From Clostridia bacterium (GTDB lineage: Bacteria > Bacillota > Clostridia > Oscillospirales > CAG-272), in NCBI GenBank assembly GCA_017451485.1, contig JAFTOG010000050.1, positions 1,380-65,379 on the forward strand: DNA of 64,000 nt. The letters are read 5' to 3'. The position numbers and the translations under genes were made by a program. The notes beneath the pieces were generated by a model. It searched no databases, had not been told where the DNA came from, and worked only from the letters and a program-made list of their open reading frames with translations. Of this stretch, positions 38,301 through 45,683 are shown in pieces. Numbering within the stretch: position 1 is the stretch's first letter; every line of letters starts with the position of its first letter.

Positions 38301-41300
38301 TGATGCACCTTGGAGACCGGGAGATGTTGAACAAAGAAACGGTAGAGCTTTCAGACAGGGTAATATCAATGAAGAAGTAGAGTGCTTTACATATGTTACC
38401 GAGGGAAGCTTTGACGCACGTCTTTGGGATATTCTTGAGAGAAAGCAGAACTTTATAAATCAAGTAATGAACGGCGAGAGCGTTGGACGTGAGACCGAGG
38501 ACACAGGAGAGGTTACACTTTCTGCCGCCGAGGTTAAGGCTCTTGCATCAGGCAGTCCTCTTATTATGGAGCAGGTACAGCTTGACACCGATATAAAGAA
38601 GCTTGAGTCTCTGTATAGGGCACACCTTTCCGCAGTCAGAGCCGCAAAGGAAAGGCTTGAAAAGGACAAGGGCAATACTGAGCTTCTTGAAAGACTTATC
38701 GAATTGGGTAAATCCGATATACAGTCTACAAAGGACACATACTCCGAGGGTAAATTCTCAATTACCGTTGGTAAGCAGAAGTTTACAGAAAAGAAGGATG
38801 CAGGCGTAGCTCTTATGGCAGAGGCAACAGCTAAAGCCAACACCACCGATTATACCTCTATAGGAAGTTTCGCAGGCTTTGATGTGCGTGTGATAAAAAC
38901 TGCCGAGGGTATTAAGGGTATTATCTCAGGTAAGCAAGGCTATCCTTTCAACACATATCCTAACAATACCACATTTATGATAAATCATATGATTTCGGTT
39001 GTAGAAGGTATAACCGAGAAAGTGAAGATGTGGGAAAGCTCCCTTGCGGAAACAAGGAAGGATATGGCTGAACAGGAGAAGCTTATAAATGCTCCTTTCT
39101 CAAAGCAGGCAGAGCTTGACGAGAAGCGTAAGCGTTACACCGAGGTTATGGAGATACTGAATCCTAAAGAGGAGCAGTCCCTTGACTCCGTGGCTGAGGA
39201 TACAGTACAGGAACAGAGCAGAGCATACTTGGAAGATGAACTTGACGATTTCGATATCAACAGTTATCCAAAAGTCAAGATGAGTGCCACCGAGTATAAT
39301 AAACTTGTATCCGAGGCAATGACTTGGAATGCCAACAAGACTAATAGAATATTGCATCATAGCCTTAATGGATACACTTATGTATATACCATTGATGAAT
39401 CTTATAACATAACAGTTTATAAGAAGTATAAATCAGTAAACATTCACGAAAGGAAGGCAAAAATATATGATATCCGTAGCGGAAAGCAAGTTAATAGAAA
39501 CGATGGTGAGAATCGGGATGGAAGACGAAATGATACATTTAGTCTGCTCGAATCTGACCGAGGAACAGATGATAGAAGCGGAGGACTTTTTGACTCATCG
39601 ACATCAGAAAAATGGTCAAGTGACGGAAGAAGAGGTACTGAAACTCCTATTGATAATGACGAAAGAGGAACACAATACCAACAGCGTTCAGAAGGACTAA
39701 CGGACTATGAAGTGCTTGAATTGGCTTCAAATGAAATCAAGGTAAGCGACCTTACACAGGCTGAAAATGATGCCTTGACTATCTTCCAAGACAGACTTGC
39801 AAGGTTGAAAACCCTTCAGGACGAGAGGACCGAGCAGGGCAGACTGTATAAAGAACAACAGTTTGGAGCAAAGGTCAACAGAGCTGAAGCTGAAAAGACA
39901 CTTAACCGTATGCACGTTCTTGACGATCAGATAAAGAAAGCTACAGCAGATGTACTGACTGTAGAGGAAAAAGAGGTATTAAAGCGAGTGCTTAAAAAGG
40001 CTCGTAAGGTTGTAGAGGTACAGGAGAGAAAGCACGGACAAGAAATTCTTAACCGTTGGAGAGACCGTAGAAATAATGCGGCCGCTATCAAGAAGTACCG
40101 TGACCGCCTCCGTGGAGACGTGGAAGAGCTTACAACTTGGATTACAAGTCCGAATAACAAGGATATTACAAAGCACGTTCCTGATGTACTTAAGAATTCA
40201 GTTATTCCTTTCCTCTCAAGCATTAACTTTATGAGTAAGCGTTCTCTTAAAGGTGGAGATGCAACTGTATCCGATAAAGCATTTATAAAGAACTTAGATG
40301 CATTAAAATCTGCACTTAAGATAAATATGGATGTTTACGGTATGTACTCAGGTTATAACGATTTGCCTCCTGACTTTATGGAGAATTTAGAGAACTTCAT
40401 AAAATCTGCACAGGCACTTGTTGATAAGAGTGCAGGCGAGTTTATCATAAATCAGATGACAAGCTCAGAACTGAAGGAATTATCACAGGTAGTGCGTACT
40501 CTTAAGAAGTACATAACTCAATTTAACCGATTCCACAACAATGCTATGTATCAGCATGTTTACGAGGCAGGAGACAATTCAATGGAATTCCTTAAAGAAC
40601 TCGGAAATGCAGGAGAGCATACAGGAGGATTATCCAACTTTGTATTTTGGCAACAGATAAGACCTGCCTACGCATTTGAGAGATTTGGTAAAGGTGGCGA
40701 GGCTATCTATGACGGACTCAGACAAGGACAGGCGAAGCTTGCCTTCAATACAAAGGAAATTCAGAGATTTACGGAAAAAGCATATACAAGCAAAGAGGTC
40801 AAAGCGTGGGAAAATGAAATTAAGGAATTTAACCTCGGCAGAGATATTGTGAGAATTCCTGTTTCATACCTTATGTCTTTCTATGAGTTGTCAAAAGACC
40901 CCCAAGCAAAAGAGCATATTGTTGGCGAGGGTATCAGAGTAGCAACATATACACACAAGGGCAAAAAGATTTCCGATGTTGGACACATTCTCACAGTTGG
41001 AGAGTTTAACCAGATAGTTAGCTCGCTTACAGACAGACAGAGAGAAGTTGCTGATAGCTTGCAGAAATTTATGGCAGAGCAGGGTGGTAAATGGGGTAAC
41101 TATGTTTCAGTTGCACGTTTCGGAGAGGAACTTTTTACAAATCCAAATTACTTCCCGATTAATTCTGACGGTAGACATTTGTCTTCTACAGTAGAAGAAC
41201 ATCCCTCTGCGGCTTCACTATATGCACTGCTTAATATGAGCTTCACAAAGTCGAGAAAAGAGGGTGCAAATAACCGTATTATCCTTTACAGCATATTTGA

Positions 41301-43488
41301 TGTATTCGCTAATCATATGGCAAGTATGGCTCAGTACAACGCTATGGCACTTCCTATACTTGATGCTCTTAAATGGTTTAACTATCAGCAGGTACTTATA
41401 GATGATGAGGGCAACAAGATAGTTCTCGGTAATTTAAGAGATCAGTTGTCAAGAGTTTACGGCGTACCCGATGAAACAAAACCGGGAAGCGGTAAGCAAG
41501 GATATGCAGAGACCTTTATTGTTAATATCATAAAGGCATTCAATGGTACTGCGGCACAGGGCACTCCATATGACACATTAGGTCTTAAGTCACTACGCAG
41601 ATACAATATGGCACAGGTTGCATATAACCTTCGTGTTGTAATTCAGCAGCCTTTAGCAATTACACGAGCAGGTATGCTTATTAGCTATAAGTCCATTATC
41701 AGAGGAATGAAGCTAAGACCTTCTGCAATCAAGAAGAATATCGAGGAAATGCAGAAGTATAGCGGTATTGCGGCTTGGAAATCTCTCGGCTTCTATGATG
41801 TAAATATCTCAAGAGGACTTACCCACCTTATCAAGCACGATTCAACAGTGTGGGATAAGATAGGTGATATAGGAATGTGGGGAGCTGAAAAGGCTGATAC
41901 TCTGACTTGGGCGGCTATTTGGAGTGCTTGTAAGGAAGAAGTTATAGCAAAGCAGAAGTTAACTCCCGAAAGTGACGGCTTCTATGAGGCTGTAACCAAG
42001 CTCTTTGAGGATGTTATCTATAAGACACAGGTTGTCGATAGTGTACTTACCAAAAACGAGTTTATGAGGGACAAGGGAACATTTGCAAGACTTGTAGGAT
42101 CGTTTATGTCAGAGCCTACAACAAATGCAAGTATGCTGATAGATGCTATTGATAAATATCACCTTGACATTAAGAGAGGTATGTCAAAGCGTGAGGCTTG
42201 GCAGAAGAATGGCAAGATGATAGGTCGCAGACTTTATGTATACGGCGTTGGTGCTGTTCTTCTTGCAGCAGTACAAGCCGTGGCAGATGCCTTCAGAGAT
42301 GATGACGAGTATGAGGAGTGGTACGAGAAATGGCTCGAGGCATTCGGAGGCAATGTTATTGACGAGCTTATGCCCTTTAATAAGCTTCCTATTATGTCTG
42401 ATTTTTATGACCTTGGAAAAGAGATAGCTTCAATCTTGGGAGCTGACACTTACGGTAATCCTCCGCAGTCTGTATTTATGCAGTGGTATGACAGCCTTAT
42501 AAAGGGTACAGAGATTATACACGATAAGATTACAGGCGAGGACACAAATTATACTTGGTGGGGCGGCATTTTCAAATTGGTACAGGCAGCTTCAGGTATG
42601 ACAGGACTGCCTATGGCATCAGCTACAAGAGAGTTTGTTACATTTTGGAATAATGTTATAGTAGCTATGGTACCGAGTTGGAAAATAGAAAGCTATGAGC
42701 CAAGCGAACTTGCACAGATAAGATATGCATACGAGGACGGATATCTGACTTATGAGGAGGCTGTAGAGCTTCTTATCGAGCAAGGTCTTGTCGATAACGA
42801 AAATGAAGCATACTTTATCATTGAAGGATGGGAAGCAGGCGAAGGATATTCAAGGTACGATAAGATTTACGATGCAGTTCTCAAGGGCGAAAGTATTGAC
42901 GAGGCAATGTCGGAATTGACTGCTCACGGATATACCGAAAAGGAAGTGCTGAGACAAGTCAAGAGTAAGATCGGAGAATGGTATCAGAATGGTGAAATCT
43001 CAAAGGCACAGGCTATAAATATGCTCAAAAAGTACAGTGATATGGATGATGACGAGATAACCGCTACAGTTAATAAATGGAGTAGTTATGTTGTTACAGG
43101 CATTAAGTATGATGATATAGACGATGAGTTTATGGAGGGCAACATCACATCTTCAAGAGCCATTGAAATGTATGTACGCTACGGTAGTATGACAAGAGAA
43201 AAAGCCACTGAAAAGGTTACGGTATTGGAATTTGTTAAGGAACATCCCGGAACAGAGGGTATTACTTACTCTGCTGTTAACGGCTACAATACCTATTGTG
43301 AGCCTTATGGTGTACCAGCTGAAATATATTACGAGGCGTGGGTATATAAGAATACGCTTTCGGGCACAGTCAAAGAGCCGATGATGGATTATATCAATTC
43401 CCTTAACCTGAGCACAAGACAAAAAGATAGTTTGTACTTCGCTTTTGGTTGGGCAGAAAGTAAGCTTTACGAAGCACCGTGGCATTAA
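29365..43488 (+). CDS. giant 4707-aa polyvalent virion/ejection-type protein
   Basis: A single uninterrupted ORF with SD AAAGGAGG. Carries the modules listed below as sub-features. Confidence 0.8.
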   Translation: MASVAEIKKRLKEQGITGEVGQASRHYNRNSNTSSEKKSSGYVGSSQYQKIKEKVKKGGISFDELGVDQDYINSYINDTNTFLSTAQDDINGVGWGNASSTYESKNNTYMDLHRKSSNIRTWLNANKSNLDEETYNNLIDSLEKAQSSLSSVNKAFEETKAFYSQFETENDYNNYVQYGELSRYDVNAGQQELDILNGLANEVDDYNKKAISYGYLAITPEEKKRMEEIDKVLKEKGYEDGADGLKGVISEKSAYHNRAKQIQDGIALSSAINNPDFEHYSQAGANVSNPSWEDHKAPVNIFGWTPMGEGEEIGNMVTFAEANKDTVNTDAVLSWSLAKGIDPESTSYQLSLINRYMKDDEKAIYNYYIGKGDKESADAYMSYMIDVLVQREAGEYANKFDDTYMEWVVSGTAGVHNFASGMSNFFNGLTRQEIDPKSSLAYSHELMNSNNEGIWKITNDLTFTTTNMLPSILLSFVPVAGPVLGTTSMGISAAGNGYAEMKRLGYSDDQAKAYGTLVGLSEAGLQTLLGGISKLGGKISGKAVGNLVSKFDNAIARTAIKIGGNMVAEGAEEGIQTVLEPAFKALVTGEDYEAPEWEEVFYSSLLGMLSGGVFEGGPTVVDTAVQSHQTSKQYGNFASDIVTELIELDPNNSLAQKMKARLDSGKKVSGYQLNRLIDANESAMYKQDVSKIKSATESRLAQLGEQGDVSRLAEAIAKHISGEELTRSEINIIKNSKFGQRVINELTPSNIKSGEYSSAWAEVIGTDRINSEEYSRLIADLDDVQNEDFDTKTVDNATVKTQNVKSATEIISETENTPVEESAENGGLQASKTAIENVSEEEKSTVTLAEASRKYGAQAQAMIHTYIEGQDAYEYDSAYKVAFDMGKSGVSLSYALESEATSYLSENQRKLAYEAGKAAADTLAQKREAANKKAVNGKTGRRKGTVKGEGVTISDLKKSFNDTQNRAYKILSTIAEVTGIDIVLYKSEVNADGKFEGAQGRFKWSDDKIYIDINAGLKSENSVNNLAKYAMLRSFSHEFTHFIEKWNPIYYNEFRKVVFDTLTDRGENVHKLIIEKMEKMGLDSEAEVEEKRRKYYDRASREVVAEAMTDILPDSHFVETLATKHKNIFEKLLDMLKEFLADIKAYFNTITHNPSREANTLKEQVGETVHYVENIVKLFDNVAVEAVENYQMTVAIDEVAEKPAKIINTVTKSAEKSADSNKSLYEKYNEIKESYPDNIILYRVGDFFEVLGEDAKTVADILDVTLTGRNDPKHGRIDMCGFPYHIIEKYVDKLRKSHDVVLVDVDAKGEVKVYPMASIKNTNGGITNVQERGEQKADNTRGSNSAVEGTQETAGDRSRVQETVRGKEEKFREVQPLQRQHRGLNDNQWLLDSNNYIVPAQDSDLHKAQKTLTEDYGIECHIVNKSAWKRNAKATTYYGKVYISEDIDEHNLRAVPFHEATHAIKQRGFKPYLDFIERTPEMINMSSQEARDLMDVVLEHLGYNSLDMDEQQRIRFYDELNASVYGLTVSGIIFDNAEIEWITDAFNDFTAYANEFTDIHNQFKANNKQEVKPNVENVDNRDTVQQPNTNRQGDTQVLEGLQTQDVQGDVQRGDTVGDTVERGQEVGRDDAVSVNGAGTRRGPSEGDSQSGDIRRNDELSPEAAEKLHEEVTVQISQQSTEKPKGRNFVIGDTLDLPNGEKARYKANIEAIKLVKTLESEGRYATEQEQAILSKYVGWGGLANAFDERKADWSKEFKELKELLTKEEYELARGSTLNAHYTEISVIKAMYEGLNKLGFNGGRMLEPSSGVGNFVGAMPSDMSAKVKSWTMVELDGITGLIAKYLYPNADVRIQGFEKANIPNNFMDVIISNVPFGNYPITDKAYPKKVTSAIHNYFFAKSLDKVRPGGIVMFITSSYTMNSKDETVRRYIMQRADLLGAIRLPDTAFKGNAGTEVVTDILILKKRPANTAYTGEEFLEAPYKYINGYNGAYINSYFNTHPEMVLGTASMDGSMYRGASLTYKALEGKGSLADQIREAFSHIKGKMDYPARLSPEKTNFAVERAGKNTKQDGYVAKNGKIYQNKDGELVEQTVTPKVAERIKGMLEIRDAAKALTNAQQQGLKDTEIKKARANLNKLYDAFVKKNGFLNAPANRSAFNGDPDRYSVFALENWDNDKKTATKSDIFSKNTIVPNRTVNSAKNVAEGLIVSVNQTGGVDVSLIARLTGKTEADVTRELLDSRQVFKNRNGVLETAETYLSGNVRAKLRDAEALVPMDSDYQKNIEALKAVMPEDVSYQDIFVNPGTPWIPSSVYSDFAAYMLGGRNTEYRQDIDVTRNPDTGNFTVELKSSYLKYNASNTQKWGTPRRSFIDLFDAMLNSKSVVVKDKLDDGSFVINKDATAAANEKIENITKEFQEWLWKDEARRTELAKLYNETFNSIVTPKYNGDNLTVNGANAMKPLRPHQRNAVQRVISSGGNTLLAHKVGAGKTYEMAAAAMKLKELGLVKKPLFAVPKSLVAQWGTEFIDFFPTAKLLVAEATDFSTANRKVFMNRIANGDYDAVIVSYEQFEKLPVSDDFTRELYQEQINSVIAAIEEAKAEKGAKALSVKDLEKKRKSLQAKIDKLTDKAKDEGNIDFEELGVDSLFIDEAHNFKNLFYTTSMTNVSGLGNKDGSKRAFDLYTKVRYLQKLNGGKGIVFATATPVMNSMSEMYIMQKYLQPDLLEQLGLNTFDAWAKQFGEVVNGVEIKPSGQGYRVKQSFSRFKNMSELQLLFRNFADVLTDIPGLKIPKMKGGAVNVVVCEPGQFQQDYMKELEKRADNIKNVDPSVDNMLKITSDGRKISYTQRMIDPTLPYEEGCKIYRCAGNVVKAYKESKDIKGTQLIFCDMATPKGKSKTETSTETDDASMDMESAKLYDDIKARLIQEGIPAKEIAFIHEADTDQKKKKLFADVNEGKVRVLIGSTGKMGVGMNAQKRVVAIHHLDAPWRPGDVEQRNGRAFRQGNINEEVECFTYVTEGSFDARLWDILERKQNFINQVMNGESVGRETEDTGEVTLSAAEVKALASGSPLIMEQVQLDTDIKKLESLYRAHLSAVRAAKERLEKDKGNTELLERLIELGKSDIQSTKDTYSEGKFSITVGKQKFTEKKDAGVALMAEATAKANTTDYTSIGSFAGFDVRVIKTAEGIKGIISGKQGYPFNTYPNNTTFMINHMISVVEGITEKVKMWESSLAETRKDMAEQEKLINAPFSKQAELDEKRKRYTEVMEILNPKEEQSLDSVAEDTVQEQSRAYLEDELDDFDINSYPKVKMSATEYNKLVSEAMTWNANKTNRILHHSLNGYTYVYTIDESYNITVYKKYKSVNIHERKAKIYDIRSGKQVNRNDGENRDGRRNDTFSLLESDRGTDDRSGGLFDSSTSEKWSSDGRRGTETPIDNDERGTQYQQRSEGLTDYEVLELASNEIKVSDLTQAENDALTIFQDRLARLKTLQDERTEQGRLYKEQQFGAKVNRAEAEKTLNRMHVLDDQIKKATADVLTVEEKEVLKRVLKKARKVVEVQERKHGQEILNRWRDRRNNAAAIKKYRDRLRGDVEELTTWITSPNNKDITKHVPDVLKNSVIPFLSSINFMSKRSLKGGDATVSDKAFIKNLDALKSALKINMDVYGMYSGYNDLPPDFMENLENFIKSAQALVDKSAGEFIINQMTSSELKELSQVVRTLKKYITQFNRFHNNAMYQHVYEAGDNSMEFLKELGNAGEHTGGLSNFVFWQQIRPAYAFERFGKGGEAIYDGLRQGQAKLAFNTKEIQRFTEKAYTSKEVKAWENEIKEFNLGRDIVRIPVSYLMSFYELSKDPQAKEHIVGEGIRVATYTHKGKKISDVGHILTVGEFNQIVSSLTDRQREVADSLQKFMAEQGGKWGNYVSVARFGEELFTNPNYFPINSDGRHLSSTVEEHPSAASLYALLNMSFTKSRKEGANNRIILYSIFDVFANHMASMAQYNAMALPILDALKWFNYQQVLIDDEGNKIVLGNLRDQLSRVYGVPDETKPGSGKQGYAETFIVNIIKAFNGTAAQGTPYDTLGLKSLRRYNMAQVAYNLRVVIQQPLAITRAGMLISYKSIIRGMKLRPSAIKKNIEEMQKYSGIAAWKSLGFYDVNISRGLTHLIKHDSTVWDKIGDIGMWGAEKADTLTWAAIWSACKEEVIAKQKLTPESDGFYEAVTKLFEDVIYKTQVVDSVLTKNEFMRDKGTFARLVGSFMSEPTTNASMLIDAIDKYHLDIKRGMSKREAWQKNGKMIGRRLYVYGVGAVLLAAVQAVADAFRDDDEYEEWYEKWLEAFGGNVIDELMPFNKLPIMSDFYDLGKEIASILGADTYGNPPQSVFMQWYDSLIKGTEIIHDKITGEDTNYTWWGGIFKLVQAASGMTGLPMASATREFVTFWNNVIVAMVPSWKIESYEPSELAQIRYAYEDGYLTYEEAVELLIEQGLVDNENEAYFIIEGWEAGEGYSRYDKIYDAVLKGESIDEAMSELTAHGYTEKEVLRQVKSKIGEWYQNGEISKAQAINMLKKYSDMDDDEITATVNKWSSYVVTGIKYDDIDDEFMEGNITSSRAIEMYVRYGSMTREKATEKVTVLEFVKEHPGTEGITYSAVNGYNTYCEPYGVPAEIYYEAWVYKNTLSGTVKEPMMDYINSLNLSTRQKDSLYFAFGWAESKLYEAPWH
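30745..31215 (+). other. Gly/Ala-rich hydrophobic segment of the giant protein (membrane-interacting candidate)
   Basis: MLPSILLSFVPVAGPVLGTTSMGISAAGNG...LLGGISKLGG...IKIGGNMVAEG...LLGMLSGGVF. Confidence 0.5.
32473..32487 (+). other. HExxH motif 1 (HEFTH, aa 1037-1041) in a zincin-like module
   Basis: LRSFSHEFTHFIEKWNP. Confidence 0.55.
33031..33312 (+). other. MutS domain-I-like module (aa ~1223-1316)
   Basis: YPDNIILYRVGDFFEVLGEDAKTVADILDVTLTGR...DMCGFPYHIIEKYVDKLRKSHDVVLVD parallels the E. coli MutS N-terminus ILLFYRMGDFYELFYDDAK..LDISLTKR...PMAGIPYH..ENYLAKLV..G..VAI. Confidence 0.75.
33347..33517 (+). CDS. nested +1-frame ORF n1 (56 aa) with its own SD inside the giant ORF
   Basis: GGAGGT at 33334-33339 lies 7 nt before the ATG. 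Product: MSKNEANKKPTTHEEVIQQLKEHKKLLETDPEYRKQYEERKKSLEKFNLFNDSIED. Confidence 0.35.
   Translation: MSKNEANKKPTTHEEVIQQLKEHKKLLETDPEYRKQYEERKKSLEKFNLFNDSIED
33736..33750 (+). other. HExxH motif 2 (HEATH, aa 1458-1462) in a second zincin-like module
   Basis: LRAVPFHEATHAIKQRGF. Confidence 0.55.
34085..34342 (+). CDS. nested +1-frame ORF n2 (85 aa), TnpV-like, with its own SD inside the giant ORF
   Basis: AGGAGGT at 34070-34076 lies 8 nt before the ATG, with an in-frame TAA at 34076-34078. The product carries a PIG..H.Y.K..P..Y....G.L...L ... AREIVRAEIY signature. Confidence 0.5.
   Translation: MSKMLITETQYNSLTPIGREIHKYWKDFKPKMYKEMYKEGTLWETLSSEDKRLDEMMLSLLTEQGLAEDQAREIVRAEIYDEMMS
34560..35260 (+). 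other. N6-adenine DNA methyltransferase module
   Basis: YVGWGG, motif I MLEPSSGVGNF, and motif IV VIISNVPFGNY. Confidence 0.8.
36736..38470 (+). other. SNF2/DEAD-like helicase module
   Basis: LRPHQRNAV, Walker A HKVGAGKTYE, DEAH box LFIDEAHNF (37297-37308), and motif VI QRNGRAFRQGN. Confidence 0.85.
39467..39700 (+). CDS. nested +1-frame ORF n3 (77 aa) with an SD-like AAAGGAAGG inside the giant ORF
   Basis: MISVAESKLIETMVRIGMEDEMIHLVCSNLTEEQMIEAEDFLTHRHQKNGQVTEEEVLKLLLIMTKEE... The main frame here is D/R/G-rich filler. Confidence 0.4.
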   Translation: MISVAESKLIETMVRIGMEDEMIHLVCSNLTEEQMIEAEDFLTHRHQKNGQVTEEEVLKLLLIMTKEEHNTNSVQKD

Positions 43489-43503
43489 AAGACAAATTTA
43501 GGG

Positions 43504-43530
43504 GGGGTGGGTGTAAAACCCACCCCTTTT
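43504..43530 (+). terminator. strong intrinsic terminator after the giant gene
   Basis: 9-bp GC stem GGGGTGGGT/ACCCACCCC, 5-nt loop, then TTTT. Confidence 0.75.
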
Positions 43531-43570
43531 AATGTTACCATTTATACAAGATTTACAGGAGGAAAAACGA

Positions 43571-45409
43571 ATGAACTATTCAGTATTTAGATTTACATTG
43601 AATATGCATAGCCATCGTTCACAGGTGTCGGTCCCGGTATTCGTAGGGGATATAGGAGTAAGGCTTCTCATCAGCATAACTGACGGTGGAAACCCTTACT
43701 TTATCGAGGACGGATGTACTGCTATGCTGAGAGGCAAAAAGCCTGACGGAAACCCTATCTTTAATCAATGTATCATCCTGAACAACACAACGATTCAGTA
43801 TGATTTTACAAAGCAAACATCGAATGTTGAAGGTATAGTTACCTGTGAGATAGACCTTTACGGAGCAGATGGAACACCGATAACTGCACCGAAGTTTATT
43901 ATTGTAGTAGACTCAAGAGCAGTATCTGATGCAGACATTGACGAAGCTATCTCCGTGGCAGATATAGATATCATCCCGACATTAATGGCTACAAAGGCAT
44001 CAGAGGAAACAAGAACTGAATCGGAGCAAGCAAGAGTTGAAGCTGAGAAAAAAAGAGCCACTGCCGAAACAAACAGAGCTACGGCAGAGGACAAGAGAGA
44101 TGTTAACGAGGCAAGAAGAGTTGAAGCTGAGGAAAAAAGGGTAGCCTCCGAGACAGAAAGGGTAGAAGCGGAGAGGCAAAGAGTAACTGCTGAAGCCGAG
44201 AGGATTTCCCTTGAGGAGGCTTTATCTTTAACCGACAGTATTTATGCGAGTGCTGAAGTCGCAAAGGATGCGGCTAACAGAGTGGGAAACCTTAAGAGTA
44301 GTATTACCAAGAACAGCAAACGCATAACCAATTTGGAACAGGGTATTATCCCGAGTCCTTTTGAAACCGATTCAGATGTAGCTTATATCAAGACTGTCCC
44401 TGAAAATGCCCTTCCTTATGCCGCAATATCCAAAATAGGAGGTATGACCCATAAGGACGGAGAGACATTGAAGGATGCAAAAGTCACAGGCATTAAGAGT
44501 GTTGGTACTAACATTTGGGATGAACAATGGGAAGTTGGCTTTATTCAGCCCTCAAACGGACAGAACGCAAGTAGTGATGTCCGTATAAGGAGCAAGAACT
44601 ACAGCTTTTGTCAGAGTGACACTCAATACTATGTTTTGGGTATTTTAGATGATGAAATAATTGTGTTTGAATATGACGCAAATAAAGCGTTTATTAAAGC
44701 TACTTATTTGTGGCAAAACAAATTTACAACTTCAAACACCACAAGATACATAAGATTTTTGTTAAATGCAAATTACGGTATAGTGTACAAGAATGATATT
44801 TGTATCAATGTTTCCAACGATACCATCAATGGCACATATTATCCATACACAGAAAACACATTCGCAATTCCCGAAGCACTACAGAACCTCGAGGGATATG
44901 GCTTAGGCTTGAGAAACACCCTGTACAATTATATAGACTTTGAGAGTAAAAGCATAATCAAAAGAGTTGCAAGATATATCTGCACAGGAAACGAAAGTTG
45001 GACAGAATGGGGGTCTACGGAAACTGAAAGAAAGGTTTGGATTAATGTGGTAGACGGTTCTTCCAAAGATAATGGAGATATCAAGTCCAATCAAAAATTT
45101 GAACACACATCAGACACTACTAAGCCGTACAGAGTAGATTTGTTATCAGGCAACACAAAGATAGTATATGCTATGCCTGTAAGTGAATACACTCTTGATA
45201 GTTGGAAAGCACAATTACAGGAATGGTATAACGCAGGAGAGCCTTTGTATTTTGACTATGAGCTTAAAACACCTACAACAGAGAGTATAGACATCACAGA
45301 TGATAACCTTATCTATGTTGAGAGTGGTGGAACGCTTACATTCGTTAATGAGTATGAATTGGATGTTCCTTCTGAAGTAACCTATCAGATTAAGGAGGTG
45401 GCAGTATGA
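43571..45409 (+). CDS. BppU-like baseplate/tail-fibre protein
   Basis: The N-terminal domain (FTLNMHSHRSQVSVPVFVGDIGVRLLISITDGG...IVVDSR) resembles BppU_N. It is followed by an E/R/A coiled coil (RVEAEKKRATAETNRATAEDKR...) and a beta-rich C-part. Confidence 0.6.
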   Translation: MNYSVFRFTLNMHSHRSQVSVPVFVGDIGVRLLISITDGGNPYFIEDGCTAMLRGKKPDGNPIFNQCIILNNTTIQYDFTKQTSNVEGIVTCEIDLYGADGTPITAPKFIIVVDSRAVSDADIDEAISVADIDIIPTLMATKASEETRTESEQARVEAEKKRATAETNRATAEDKRDVNEARRVEAEEKRVASETERVEAERQRVTAEAERISLEEALSLTDSIYASAEVAKDAANRVGNLKSSITKNSKRITNLEQGIIPSPFETDSDVAYIKTVPENALPYAAISKIGGMTHKDGETLKDAKVTGIKSVGTNIWDEQWEVGFIQPSNGQNASSDVRIRSKNYSFCQSDTQYYVLGILDDEIIVFEYDANKAFIKATYLWQNKFTTSNTTRYIRFLLNANYGIVYKNDICINVSNDTINGTYYPYTENTFAIPEALQNLEGYGLGLRNTLYNYIDFESKSIIKRVARYICTGNESWTEWGSTETERKVWINVVDGSSKDNGDIKSNQKFEHTSDTTKPYRVDLLSGNTKIVYAMPVSEYTLDSWKAQLQEWYNAGEPLYFDYELKTPTTESIDITDDNLIYVESGGTLTFVNEYELDVPSEVTYQIKEVAV

Positions 45410-45681
45410 CCGAATTAGAGAGAAAGCTCGCATATAAAAACGAGGAAACTGTTCCCGGCTCACTTGGGCAAGCATACAGCAATCGTGTAACTTATTATAT
45501 TCGCCACGGCTGTCCGCAGAGTCCGAAAGGGTATTCGCAGTCCGATGTTGAAGCCATTCAGTTCAACTACACAAAAGATCCACAGAATCCTCAGTATGTG
45601 CAGGAACTCAATAAATTTCAGGAACACCGCATAGTATGTAAGGCAACAGCCAAGGCAGAATTTGGCATCACGGAGGACTAA
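45406..45681 (+). CDS. hypothetical protein
   Basis: Overlaps the fibre gene stop. Confidence 0.4.
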   Translation: MTELERKLAYKNEETVPGSLGQAYSNRVTYYIRHGCPQSPKGYSQSDVEAIQFNYTKDPQNPQYVQELNKFQEHRIVCKATAKAEFGITED

Positions 45682-45683
45682 GT

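Noticed and set aside
29365-43488. I considered the giant protein as an N4- or crAss-like virion RNA polymerase.
   Set aside because: I saw no DxDGD / NADFDGD-type catalytic motif or double-psi-barrel signature. The recognisable modules are zincin, MutS-I, MTase and SNF2.
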